From Lingula anatina (lineage: Eukaryota > Animalia > Brachiopoda): a stretch of DNA of 64,000 nt. A model generated the notes under the pieces. That model saw nothing but the letters and a program-made list of their open reading frames with translations, made no database searches and had not been told where the DNA came from. Positions 38,950-53,600 of this stretch are shown here, one piece after another; the stretch's first letter is position 1; each line of letters opens with the position of its first letter. Position numbers and translations under genes: made by a program. The stretch spans positions 4,030,001 to 4,094,000 of the forward strand of contig CM120647.1 of NCBI GenBank assembly GCA_051362555.1, given 5' to 3'.

Positions 38950-41553
38950 ACGTGCATATGTTGCCATCTTTAAGCATTGTTTACCCTCAATGAATTTGCA
39001 GACATGTCTCTCTTTTCATATGTAATATTTTTGATCAAATATTTCCGTTTGTTCGGTAGTACTAAATCACTGTCTACCAGTAAACTCTAACCTCCGTAAC
39101 GCTTTTTAAAGTAGATTATAGAAAAGGTTATAATACTTATAAATGAACTGCCTGTGCTTTTATGTAATTCACGATAATGCACTTTAAAAAATACTGCCAT
39201 CTCCCCATAATAAATAGTTCGTACACACCATACAAAATGTTATACATTTAAGTTGAGATGTCATATTTCGGAGCCAAGTCTCAGTAACGGACCAAATTTC
39301 TAACAAAAAGTATTTAAGAAGATTGAATGCTCATTTCTTATGGGAAAGGATAAACGTTAATAATTTTTTTAACTTTTAGGAAAGTTGATCCTCCGGATAA
39401 TAACCCATGAAGAATGTACGTCACCTCACCTCTGCTATTCTTATCTCCGAAACAAAAATTGTGAATTGTAATACAATATACTCTGGGTCTCTTAATGGGT
39501 TATTTCTATGGTTTTCTTGAGCCATATCTGATAAAAATAGCTTATGGTGCCAACTGTTGATTTAATATACTATCTTCGTATTACAGAAATATATTATATT
39601 TTCTATTTGGTAATTTTATCAAGACACGCTTATTAAAACCTCGGTCACAACCGGCCGTACGGGCTCTTACGGGCTGTTTGCGTCCAAATTTGCGCAGAAT
39701 CTCACGTCCCACGCAAGTCCTTCTTACGAGATTTCGAGTTCGCAGACAGCCCATAAGCACGTACGGGGGATGTTGGCCATGTCCAAAAGATTCTACGAAC
39801 AGCCTGCGAACAGCGGGGCCGCAAGCGTAACTTGCTCCCCTCGCACAGAGAGATGCGCGTCGTGCAAGACGCACGTCGCAAGCAATGAAGGAGCAAGTGC
39901 CCTTTGCGCACGCCCTCCCAACTAGAACAAAGTCGAGAGCACCCCGGGAATGCGTTGCACGTGCGTCACCCCCACGCCTGGTGTAAAAAAGGCGTGCTCA
40001 AGACGCACGCTCGTGTCTCTACAATGAACGTCGACTGTATAACGTATACAACAATTTTCAAAATGTTCATATTTTTGCACGATTTATTTTCTAAGACCCC
40101 ATTTCCAGAGATAAGATCGATCTACTTTAGATCGACCTAACTCCCTGTGGGTTCACGCAAAATAGCTGTCGGCCGAGCGGACACGAAAGTTAATTACCCC
40201 CTTACAGCTTGTAGTAGGCGGGACGGACATTTAAGCCGGATTATCTGACAGTAATCTAGTGAGACTCCCAGCGGGGATAGATCAATCTAAAAGCTCTGGG
40301 AATACAGCCTAATATGCATCCAAAAGGCAAGAGAAAGAAGCTTACATGGTAGAAAAAAGGGAGGAGAAAGAAAGAAAAGGAGAACAGGAAGCAAAACTGA
40401 CGTACGCCGTCAGTATGTAGCCACAAACGTGTGAGGCAAGTGTGAAGCAAAACTGATAGAAAAGGGCACTACTTTCGCTGTGCGTTGCATTCCCTTCGTA
40501 AGTGGTGAGTGTGTGCCACGTACACAGGCAGCAAGACAAATTCAAGAAATGAGTACAATTTTCACGCCCATCGCTCCTTGCAATTAGCGTCCCTGCTTGA
40601 AAGGACATCTCATGTGACCCTTGCGACTCGCAAGGCAGACTTTCCTCTACCTCTACGAACTCCACGGCCTCCGCAACACCCAAAAATCGCAGGGGACGTA
40701 CGATCCTGAAAGTCGTGCGTCCGGTTGTGACCGAGGCTTAATGTTGTATCAAATTGTCTTTGTAGTTTATTTGACGATGGCTTCCATCTTATCTCTTTGA
40801 TTTGATCCAAAATAAGGAATTTTCAAGACTTACTGGGCAACAAAAATGGTGTTATCTGATACCTGTACTAGTCTAGTGGGATTTAAACAAAATAAGAATA
40901 GTAGGGGCATTTTGGGGTAAAAGTTGGGAACCAGGCGTATTAGCATAATTTTGGCATGCTTTGTCATATGTGATCAAATTTTCTAAAAGGTCAATTTATG
41001 ATGAACACTCTGCTTTTGAACTAAAATATTCCATATTAAATGTCAATCTGTATATGTTTACTTCAAGTACACGATGACATCTCACCTCATTCATTTCAGC
41101 GATTTTTCCATTAGCTTATTGCTGGTCACCCATTGTATAGTTTTATTTTAATTAACAAAATTTCTTGAATTTTAGCTTTAATCTTCTGGTGTTTTATTGA
41201 ATCCAGTTAAATGCTTGACGATCCGGAACACATTCCTGTGATAATAGCAAGTTTGGAGTCTGAGCAGTTTCTCAAGCTTCTGAACGATTTTGTTGAGACC
41301 AAATCTGCATTAGCAGAAAGGTTAACAGAAGACGTAGTCTGCCCTGATGAAATTAAACTAAATGACTCCTAACCCAGCGGAGGATTTAGAAGGGGGCTCG
41401 GGGGGTCCTGACCCCCTCCCCTCTTCGATTTCTGCCCCTCCCCCCTTGAAATAATAATGTTGACTAGCTGAATCACAGTTGTAAACCATATCAAATGGCA
41501 CCGTTCGCCCTCTTAAATACCAAAAATTCAACAGGCCCCTAACCCCATGCCAA

Positions 41554-41595
<42 letters not shown>

Positions 41596-41623
41596 TCGGT
41601 CGACTTTGCAGCCGAGGACCCCC

Positions 41624-41671
<48 letters not shown>

Positions 41672-44600
41672 ATCAAATAATCCTGGATCCGACTTTGCTC
41701 ACCTTGCCTTATAATTGATGGGCAAGCACTGGCAATTTTACTGGGAAAGCCTGATTATACAGTGACCTTTGGTAGTTTGGCTGACACATATGGAAGAGCA
41801 CTTCTGAGGGCAGATTGACTTGTGTTTGACAGATACAGGGAAGAAACAATGAAGGGTGCTACTAAGACACGACGCACAAGTCAGTGCTACCCATCAGACA
41901 ACACATCAGATTAATCACATTCCCTGACCCTGAGAACATAGGTGTAGACAATTCATGTGTCATGTTTGCTTGTCTAGGTACAGAGATACAGAAGTAAAAC
42001 GGGTTTTCAGTAATGGCGGTGTAACATGAAAATCTGACTCCCATGAAAATCTGACTCCCCCAGCCAGATTTTCATAATGAAAATCTGACTCCCACCATGA
42101 AAATTTGACTCCCCCTCCACAAAACTTCATAAATATTGTTTAATTTGAGTATGTGACTGTGATCTTGAAGTATGTAAAATGGAGGTTACATTGGCACATT
42201 TTTTAGTTTGCAGGTGAAAATTTTCATGAAAAAATAAGAAAATTAAAAATGTGCACTCTACCGCCCATTGTCTCCCTTATGAAAAAGCTATTTATTTGAT
42301 ATTGGGTGATCATTTCTACATCTTTCCTTTAAATTTACTTTATGAAGATTATATTGGAAATATTTGAAAGTTTGATGGTTAAGTATTGGATGAAAAAACT
42401 AAAAAAACATGAAAAATAAGAAAATTAAAAATGTGAATTTTATCACCCAGTGACTCCCCTATGAAAAAGCTATCTATTTAATATTTGATGATCATTTCAA
42501 CGCCTTTCCTTAACTTTTACTTTATGAAGATTATATTGGGAATATTTGAAAGCCTAGGGGAGTCAAAATCCTCCGGGTACAAGAATGCAAATGTATTATC
42601 CATTTAAAATCATCAATCCCATTTTTCATTCAGTTTTGGGAAAATTGGGAAAAACAACAGCAGATATAATGTGAGTCCACAGGAGTCCAAATCCCATGCA
42701 TATGAAAATGAAGAATTTCATAAATTATTTTCATTTATTTTCACCCAGTATTTTACCATTCAAACTTTCAAATATTTTCAATATATTCTTCATAAAGTAT
42801 CCTAAAAGAAAAGATGTCAGAATGATCATCAAATATCAAATAAATAGCTTTTTTTAGGGGAGTCATTGGGTGTTAGAATACAAATCCTTAATTTTTCTTA
42901 TATTTCATGTGTTTTTTTTTTTCAACCAATTTTTTACGATCAAACTTTCAGATACTTTCAATATATTCTTCATAAAGTATCCTCAAAGAAAACATTGCCA
43001 GAATGATAATCAAATATCAAATAAATAGCTTTTTCATAGGGGAGTCCTTGGGTGGTAAAATACAAATCTTTAATTTTTTTTTCATGAAAATTTTCACCTG
43101 CAAACTAACAAAAAGTGCCAATGTGTCCTCCATTATGCATACTACAAGATCATAGTCATTTACTCAAATTAAATGAGATTTATGGATTTTTTTTTTTGGG
43201 GGGGGGGAGTCAAAATTTCATAGGGGGAGTCACATTTTCATTATGAAAATCTGACTGGGGAGTCACATTTTAGGGGAGTCAGATTTTCATGGTACAGCGG
43301 TCCTAATTTGCATATTAAGGATAATTGTATAAGTCTAATTTTGACAGAAGTGTCTTATTAATGTTTCTCAACCCTGAAAATATAGGTAAAGACACTTCAT
43401 TTGTCATATTCGCCTGTCTAGTTACAGAGGTATTGCAGAAAGTTGGAAATCTGGCGGTCATTTTTTTTTTTTTGGCAAATTAGACAGTTAAAAACGCAAA
43501 ATTTTGCTTGGGAACCGGGTTAATCGGATTCAGCATGAGAAAATTATGCCAATAAGCCTGGTTCCCAACTTTTACCCCAAAATGCCCCTTGCTTCTTTAG
43601 CAGAGCCTTTTTTCAAAAACCCCACTAGACTATACTAACAGCATGACAGACACTTGTTTTGCGCTGGAGCTCTTTGAGCTTCTACCCCTGTATTTATATT
43701 CAGTAAATATCATTGTGAAACAGGAGTTTATTTATTATTTGTTTTTACTTTTCCATACATATGATAATTCATACCTTGAAATTTTTCATCAATTTCCATG
43801 TGAACCTAGACCTAGCTATTTGCAAACACGTGACGATTTTTTGAAATAATAATAATAATAATAATGATTTATTTTCTATGGCGCATTCCATAAAAAATCT
43901 CAATGCGCCTTACAACATTCACTTAAAAGAGCTAAATAACAAAATACTAGTATAAGAACACATTACAATTTTAAAGGACTAAGAACTAATTTAAAGAACC
44001 AATTATTTCATATTCTAGAAAGATAAGAAACTAAAGTGACAACATTTAAAATTAATCATAAAATTACAGTACACCTTATTAAAAATTAATATTAACTATA
44101 TGATAGTTACCGATATGCTATTCTAAAAATATGAGTCTTCAAAAGCTTTTTAAAAGTATCTCTGTCACCTGCTGCTCGTATTTCAGAGGGTAAGGTGTTC
44201 CAAACTTTGGGTGCATATATCATAAATGCCCTTTCACCGTAAAATTTACCAGCTTTTTTCTCTAAGAGACTGTGTTCTAAAAGTAACAGTTTTGTCTACG
44301 TAATTGTAGGTTAATTCTACTTCCTCGGGGTAAGCTTAAGATATATTAATTGCCTGTAGCTACTTTCGATATAAATAAAATGTAACATGTGTATATATGA
44401 GGTTGCGTATGTATGATTGTAGTTGTGTTAGTGTAGAGAAGTGTGTTCGTGCCTTTTCGTTTGTGTTCGTGCGTCTCCGTTTCTTTATATAACACGCCCT
44501 TCTTTCTTACGCGGCACATTCGTTTCTTGTTTCTGCCACGTCAAGTTACAGGCGAGATAGACTTGATTGGCTTGCTTTTCATTTTCTTTATGTTAAGATT

Positions 44601-47600
44601 TTGTTTCTTTAAGTTATTTTGTTTGATATTTTTAGTACTTGTCATTTCTTTTCATCCTTATTTTGTTTAGAAGTTTAGTTTAATCATAGAAACAAGTATC
44701 TTTAGTTCATGAATGTTGTTGACGTAAATATATCTACTTTAGTTCAGTTCTGCATTAAATTCTTATTTATTTGTAAAGTATTAATAAGACATTCGTTTCT
44801 CGTTTCTGCCACGTCAACTTACAGAGTAAACTCGGGTTCTTAATAAAGTACAGTGAAAGCTGTTACAAAAATACCACGGAAAATCTTTGCAAAGGTAATC
44901 CAGCCTTAAAGATCGTGACGATGACATGAAGCATCACAGGAAAAAACGCTTTTTTATCGGTGGTTTCATTGAGCGATGAAATAAAGCCATATTTAAAATA
45001 CTGCAATAAAAGTTGAAATACCTTATTAAATCAAGTATATTTTATTTGTATTTTACAATATGCAGGTATATGACAATTGTTTTAAAATTTAAATGTAAAT
45101 TTGAGATTGTGTCTTAACCCAAGATGGCTGCTTTATCCAAAATGGCGACCAAATATTTACCAATTTTTTTTTTTTTTTTTGCAATTAAGTCATGTTTTAT
45201 TTAATCTAGACTTATTTAGATGATGTGGACCTTTAAAACTTGACTTCAGAGGTAAAACAGGATAACATAAATATTTTAAAGTATGTGGTAACTATAATTG
45301 ATATGGTTTGTAAAAGATCATGAACATTTTTTTCAATATAAAACACCTATCTAATGAAGGAACAATTAATTTAATTGCAATTTTCTCTTGTATGAATTTT
45401 TTGATAACACATTTAAAAAAAAGGTATATGTTAACTTTCCATAACATCCCCTGTGTTTGACATTTTTGCTGTGGAATGTTCTTCCATCATTCCTGACAAC
45501 CATAACATGTTACTATACTTCTGGATTCTGTCCTGACAGTTATCTTTGGATTTAAGCTTGGAACTGCTGGCCATACCAAACTAACCATGTTGTTGGCAGC
45601 TTTGTAGTTCTCTATAATTCTGCCCCTGTGGGGGCATGCCTTTTTCGTCCATTAAAATGAGTTGCTATTAGATGTGCACCTGAATATGTAGCAGAACTAT
45701 AGTGAACAATAGATCTTCACTGTATCTAACACTGTTTAAGGGTCATGGAATAACAACCAAGGACAATCTGTGGTCATGTCTGTATCCATCTCTTAACATT
45801 ATGAATCCTCCACCATCCTGCTGCCTTGGAAGGATGCAATATGTCCCATAGGTTTCACCAGCTCAAATCAACATGGTAGATACAGGGACAATATCCACGT
45901 GTCCAAATAATACATCTGGCCTACCTAATGTTATGGATCCTTCAGTACATGGCCCATATTTGATTTTTTTATATATATTCACATAAAGACAACAAAAATA
46001 CATATCCAACACACACACAAGCACACACACAAGACATTCACTATACATTAAGTAAACATGAAATATATGTATATAGCTAAACTACGTAAAATACAATATA
46101 ATACAAATGATGCTGCGCATTTCACTACACAAACATTTTACATAAAAGAGAGTAGCGAAGAATTACCATGACACTGTAAAGTAAATTTGTAAATAAAGAA
46201 CTAGTCAAAGAAAATGGTTCAAAGAAAATGGCTCTGTAAGAAAATGGCATAACTGAAGATTCTTTTGAGAAACATATTTTTCCAATTCGAATTTTGTTTT
46301 GATATATAATAGAAGGGAAGGAAAGGTCGGCTGCATTTTTCTTTTAAAACAGGTATAAATATACATTTTGGAGACGAGAATAATATAATTTAGAACCTTA
46401 AAATTCGTTTTGGATACTCTAAAATTATATATTCATCAGAGAGTGCAATTCTTTCATTGGTTTTGTTGGCAATCAAGCGTTCCATTTCAGTCCAAATGTT
46501 TCTTATCCGATAGCAATTTGAAAATACATGTCGCAAATCTTCCCTATCCACTCCACAGATAGAGCATTTCCTTGACACCTCAATACCGATTCTTTACACG
46601 TATGACTTAACTGGTAAGATTCTAAAAATCATTCTACACACACTGGACAAAAGAAGTGTCACCCCCTAACTCAGAGTAATAAAAGTAGGCAGATTTTGGG
46701 TACTTATAATGCCTGGTCTACTTATAATGTGACTAATGAGTATAAAACCGCTATACCATGGAATTATATTGTTGGTCTTGTACATGTACAACAAATGTTA
46801 TTCCTGTCTTCCTCCAATATGGCAAGATACAGGCAATTATCTAACGGTTATAGGTGCAAGTTATTAACACTCAAGTGACCGAGTGGGGTCATTTACGACC
46901 CCAGCCATTTGATTTTATGTGCCATCTCTTTATTTTTTATTCGAATTTTCTTTCCTTGCATGAGTTTGTCAGTCTACTAATCCTACACACTGTCACAGTT
47001 TTTTGTAGGGATCAATCAATTAGTATGGTGTATACATCACAAACTCTTGTGGGGTCATTTATGACCCCAAAGAGAAGCATTGGCTTTTAAATATTAGTTT
47101 TTAAATTTTATTCAAATGTTTTTTTCCCAAGCAACACTGACAGGGAAATGTCACATGCATGTGCTTCATGCAACCAGCCAATATGCCCAAAACATAGGCA
47201 CAAATAAGTGGTTTGTGAAGATTGTGCTTGAAGTGTTACTAACAGTGCATCGCGGAATCTAATTTCAGTAGCTTTGTTGGAACGTGTTCTCATAATTGGG
47301 TTTCTCATTTTGACGTTACAATTTTCGGGTATTTTGGAAATATAAAGAATTCTGTCAACATCATATTATACATATATTAACAAATTGTTTGTGTGGATTT
47401 TGTTTTATACAAAGATGTGGTAGTAACATACATGTAGGTTGATTGAATGTGTTCTGAGTAGTATGACTTCCTTACCAGCATTAGGGTATTCCCTACTCAG
47501 CTCAGCAAATCAGCTAATTATTCTTATTGCAGTTAGTAGGATGCTATCTCAACATAAGTCAAAATATTTTTACTCAAAGTAATTTTGTAATGTTCTTTTT

Positions 47601-50600
47601 TCATTTAGTGTGGCAAATAAAAAGAGAAATATTTCTGCAAGTAGAAACTGACAAGGACTGTCTAAATACCGGTGTAATATTGTTCTTAAAATCTGTGCTT
47701 GGTTATTCCATGCAATAAAAGTATTATTACCAAATACTTATTACATTAGATCATTATAAAATACTTGTCTTAAATCCTGAGAGTAGTATAGGTGTGATAA
47801 ACCATCAACAACCTTTTATAATAAGGATCCCTGTATAGATCATAATGGGGCCATAGATGACCCCACTTGGTCATTTCAGTCGGTAAAATAGCTTGGTCTC
47901 TTGAGGGTTAACCTGAAGAGGCGAAATATAAGCAATGTCAGAATATCGATACAATTGAATTGTTCAGTCAGAACCGTGCAGAGGGTCTGGTCTCGGTAAA
48001 GAAACACTGGATCAAGAGACAAATTGCCTCTGATGGGTCGTTCAAGAAAATAATACTGGCCGTGAAGACCGACGACTGATTTTGACGTCCAGGTTGTCAA
48101 AGTTCGACACTGCTTGTCAGTTGACAACACAGTGGAACAATTTCACACATAAGAATGTGTCTGTGAAAATTGCTAGGCGTCGGTTACATGCTCATAGAGT
48201 GTACAGCAGGGTAGCAAGACTGAAACCTCTTATATCGTTACAAAACAGGCAACGTAGAGTAAACTAGGGTCAACAGGATCTGGAACTGGACAGTTCAGGA
48301 CAATTGGTCCTATATATTTTTTCTGATGAGTGTCGCTTTGGTCTGACCTCTGATGACAGACGGGTACTATGTTGGCAAACTGCTGGTAAAGCATTTGAAC
48401 CACATGCACTGAATTTTCGAACCCGGAGCAGCATATTCATCATGGTGTGGGGCTGCATCAGCATCCATGGCTTGGGCGAATTGATAGTGGTAAATGGAAA
48501 CATGAATCACTAGAAATAAATCGATGTTTTGGAGTCAGGCTTGCTACCATCTATTACTAACATGTTTGGTGACAGGAATTATCCATTTGTTCACCAGGGT
48601 GACAATGCTCCTTGTCACAGGCCCAGAGCAGTTGATGATTGGTTTGACCAACAGGACATTCGCAGGGTGATGTGGCCTGCCTAAAGTCCAGATGCAAACA
48701 TAATAGAAAATGTGTGGAATGTTATGTCAAAACTTTTGACAAATGCCCGTCTAACCGGCAGAGAAACCCTGTTATATTCAGTGTTTCATGCTTTGGCCAG
48801 CATAAGCCCTGAACGCATCAGACAATTATATGAAACCTTGCTTCGTAGACTGGCACCTATTATTAGGTAACGTGGCTATGCCACTAAGTACTAATTTTTG
48901 ACTTGAAACTGCATATTTTGGTAGAATGTATGTTTTCAAATAAAGGAATAATCTGGGAACCACATGACTATCATTTGATAGGGGGCACCTTAGGAACAAT
49001 TTTAGGTTGTGCGGTGAGATTACCGGTGTAACAGTAATCCAAGGACCTCGGTTCCTGGTAATGGTTGTCTGTAGGACTAACATTACTTGGGAATAGTAGT
49101 CGTACAGGGACTTACATGGTAGGTTCCTGGCTAATAATTAGAAGGACTTGTATTACTATATATTGTATTATTATATACTACGGACATTGAATCCTAGTAA
49201 AGTATGTCCTAGGGCTTCCATTCCTAGCAATGCATGCCCTAGGACTTGCATTCCGGGCGGACTTGCGATACGAGGACGTGCACTCCTGCCACACCGGTCA
49301 GGTCACCGTGGATGCTGGCTACCTGAGAGTCATGGTCCGCCCCCTCCATGCTGCCACGTCGAGTTGAGTCCGTTTTTCCTTTTTTGAGGGCTTTTCAGCA
49401 GACTCTTTTTTTTTCTGATTCTTGTTTTGGTCGATTGTTGATTGAGTTGATTTTTTCCTATCACGTGGCATTTTAATCAGATTGTACACAGACAGACACA
49501 AGACTGACATTAGCTAGGAGCTACGAGCAAGTTACTCACGGTGTGCCGCCATCTTGATCAACCTCTCCTTTGTGTTTGCTGATCAGATTCTGTTTTCCCA
49601 AAGGAGAGTGGGAGTTAATAAAAGAACCGACGCGTCTCAGATTCCTCCTAAAGAAACCAGGTGTTACAGTGGATTGGAGACTTGGAGCGTTTAGATCTTG
49701 GGTGTTTCATTATGCATATTAGTAAAGAGGTTATGGGTATATTCCTCACACCGTAGCCTTACACATAGGTAACTGCATGTTACAAAAATTGGAAAGTTTC
49801 TTCCAATTCACACATTGATCTTTGTCTTACATGAAGCACTTATGGTCCACATTGGATGTGGTTTGAGTACGGTTTATGAGCTTACTGGGCGTAGTTTCAT
49901 CAACTCTCTTTATAAGTATGGGAATTTGTAATCTTTTCCAGCATGGAGGAGAATGTCACCACCTTACAGTAACATGGTATCATGGAAGAGGCGCGCGTGA
50001 TTGTTGTACAGTTATATGGTTGTTTTGGCTCTTTCGATATGGCCAAAGGCCCTACATATTTGTTTCTTGAAAGGCAGATCTTAGGTCACTCCTTCCAGCT
50101 GAGGATGCTCTTTATTTCTATACTTTATGAGCAAAATATCAGGCAGATGTTGGCATCACCTTGCATAAACATGCCATCTTAAATTTATCTGCAAAAAGTG
50201 AAACAATCCTCATATACCCATATCTTGTAAAATAAAAAATGAAATATCCATCATCAAAGGATATATTTCTGCTTTTGATAAGATACATGTTGTGACTTTG
50301 ACACATTTGAGGGTAATGGTAAGAGATTAATTGTGGTCATGTTGGGCGTTTCTATAAGCATTAAGCCTTAATTCTGTATACAAATAGTTATAAAAAATGC
50401 ACAAAGTTAGGGTAGAGTACCTTTGTTTGATGAAAGTTTGCTTTTAAAAGATTGAAAAAAATTCTAACTTAAAGAAAAGGGGACTAAAATTGGTAAAATG
50501 TGGGATGCCATCTTGGATAGATTGGCCATATTGGATTAATAGATAGTCTATATTCAACCTATATAAAATTAAAACAAGTGTACTTTACCCATATATAATA

Positions 50601-53600
50601 AAATGAAAGTATAATATACTTCATTAAATAAGATATACCAACTTTCAATATGATATATGTTTCAACTTTGACTCATATTGGTAAGGGGTGTATGGCAGCC
50701 ATATTGGATTTTTCTCAAATCACCAAACTTTCATTCTGCATTCGGATAGTAAAAATGCAGAAATTATTTTAGATATTCTGTATAAGTTAAAATTTAACTT
50801 TTTCCACCATTGAAAGTAGTTCTAGATTACAGAAAACATGACTTCATTGCAAAAACTTGTGAAAATGTATCCGCCATTTTGGATAAAGTAGCCATCTAAG
50901 ATTGAGATAGCTTTTAGAATTTACCTTAAAAATATTGAAACAATTCCCTTTTACCCCAAAAATTTGTCAATTAGAAAAAGCATTCATTGAAGTAGATATT
51001 TGAACTTTTCTATAACAGACAGATGGCACCCTTGACTCATAATGGTAAGGGGTGTGTGGCGGCCATATTGGATTCTTTTGTAATCACAAAACCTCTATAC
51101 TATACATGGATGGTACAAATGCAGGGGATTGAACTCATTGGATGGATACTTACGCCCCGTGTGCTGATCTTTTTACTAGAACGCTTCCACTCAACCCATC
51201 GAAGGGCCCTTTCGGTGAGCGCTTACCAAATGGTTTGACATATGATTCGTGTACGATTGACATAAATCCTAAGGTTCCAATGATATTTTCTGATACTTAC
51301 AAAATCTTAATAAATGAATACAAAATTGAACTTAAGACATATACATATGTCACCCTATTATTAATATTATTTTACGCGTGTTTATTTCTTAAAAATAAGT
51401 AGTGGTGTGGGTAAGAGACGCTATGTTATTCTTTGAATATTCTTTAGAAACATAAAAAAAAAAAGATTTTCAGTTTTGTTAAGTTCACATTTCTACATTG
51501 CATTTGTTTTGGAATTGGTACCTTTCATGGAATGACCGTAAACAGAAATGCTTAAGTAAGCAATGCTAGTTTCATGAATGTCATTATGATACTTTTGCAG
51601 AGAGTTGTTTTTCAAAGCAATAGTGGGAAACATAAGTAATTTGCCCCATCTACATACAGCTTTCATCTGATTATGACAGTAAAACTCTTTCCATGTATGT
51701 GTTACTCTTAAAAATAGCCAAGGTTTCACAGATTACACAGATAAGGATGTGAAAAGCAGCTAAAAACAAACTTCATTTGATAATGAACATTGTATCCCCC
51801 AAGCATTTGTGTAATTGAAACTTTTTACGAAAATGACATCCATAGTGAACTTATTAATGTTCCCCATTTGAGGAAATTTATGGGACTTCCAAAATATGCA
51901 ATGCGGTAAAATCATTGCTGTTGCAATTGTAACAAACCAAACTATTGATTGCCTGGACTAATAATATAAAAGGTTAAGTATATCAATTGGCATCTGAAAC
52001 ATACCTGTGTAACATTAATCCAAGTCCCCCAGGAACCGTAGGACTACCATTACTTGGGAATAGTTGTCATACTGGAACTTACGTTCCTGGCTTATAATAA
52101 TAGTAGGTAGAACTTGTATTACTGGCGGACTTTATTCCTGTTACACCGGCCCTATAGTCGTAATATTTGCATGTACACGTGTATATATGTATCATCCTAT
52201 TCTGTTACCTGTTTTTAGAACGTGCTCCGCTGGATAGACAACGCACCACTTGTATTCTCAGACTGGTACCATCCAGACTATGACAAACTCTTTATAGAGG
52301 AACGCTTCCGAACCGCGGCTAAATATTCAAAAAATGTTTTCTACGACTTTGAATTCATGTCGGGATCAAATCTTCTCAACATTAGACATCCTGCTTATGA
52401 GCGTGGTATATCATGTGCAGCTATGATTGTCACTAATCCACACTACTCGTCCAACTGGATCATGATTCCTTGTCCGCGAGAATTCCATGCAGCCACTGTG
52501 ATATGTGAATACCCAAGACACACCAATGAAAGCAGTCGGAGGCGAGTGTCATCGAAAACGACCAAAATTGTTACCTGTTCTGATTTTCAGTTTGAATGCG
52601 GAGACGGCACGTGTGTTTCTATAGATTCTAGGTGTGACGGACAAAAAGATTGCCTAGACGGAAGTGACGAAAATGTTACCTGCCATCCACTTCATTTCGG
52701 GCGTTGTAACAACGGACATAATCTTCATTTGTCCCGATTCTGTGACAAAGTTACTGATTGCTCTGACAACTCAGACGAAATAGGATGTATCTATCCGCTT
52801 TGTAAATCAGATCAGTTCCATTGTGGCAGTGGAGAATGCATTCAAATGAGCGAAAGATGCGACTTGATACCCCACTGTAAAGATGATTCAGATGAAGCAC
52901 AGTGCACAAATACCTACAAGAAGAAATTCTATTCTTGTTTTTCTGATACATTCATTCCATATGTACAGAAACACGATGGCGTGGTAGACTGTCCAGGGCC
53001 CTATGGAGAAGACGAAGTAGACGAGTGGTCATTACAACAACCATCAATTGAGCGCTGTTGGAATAAGTTCTGGGCGTACTGGAGTTGTCACAGCTACACC
53101 TGCGACAAATATTCTGATCAGGAAAAAACATTTTTCGTCGGTGAGCCTACGTCAGTTAAAAAATATAAAAATGTCCAGGTTTTCTCTCAGAACAAGGCTT
53201 GCTTTTACGAAAGAACTAAGTACGACATCCTATCAACATGCAGGACTGGGAAGCAACTTGTACAAAACGTGTCTCATATCAACTTAATGTCCTGGATATG
53301 GAATGATGTTCTTTTGCTTGAACCGTCGCCATTATGTTACGGGTTCACATGTCCCAAAGATTTATACCACCAATGCCCGTCGTCGTACTGCATACCTGCC
53401 AGATCAGTTTGCGACGGGATCAAAGACTGTCATGATGGCAGTGACGAAATCGCCTGTAACAGCTACTCCTGCCCAGGTATGTACAGATGTCGGGGGCAGA
53501 ATAATTGCTTACCGCAGAGACAGGTGCGGGACGGAATTCCTCAATGCAAACTGCGAGATGATGAAACATTCTATGGTTTTCAGTGTCCACCCAATTGCTT

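Larger units (their letters stand above)
40869..43632 (+). mobile_element. Academ (AcademX-type) deletion derivative
   Basis: TAC|TAGTCTAGTGGG ... CCCACTAGACTA|TAC (3-bp TSD, TAG..CTA ends, long imperfect TIR); remnant CLIIDGQAL..TFGSLA..VFDRYREETMKGATKTRR at 41700-41880 resembles the XPG-like nuclease domain. Confidence 0.75.

Noticed and set aside
44850-51250. Additional decayed DNA transposon pieces (AAGATGGC/GCCATATTGGAT motifs at ~45120 and ~50500-51070)
   Set aside because: Probably real repeats, but I could not define ends or a coding remnant with confidence.
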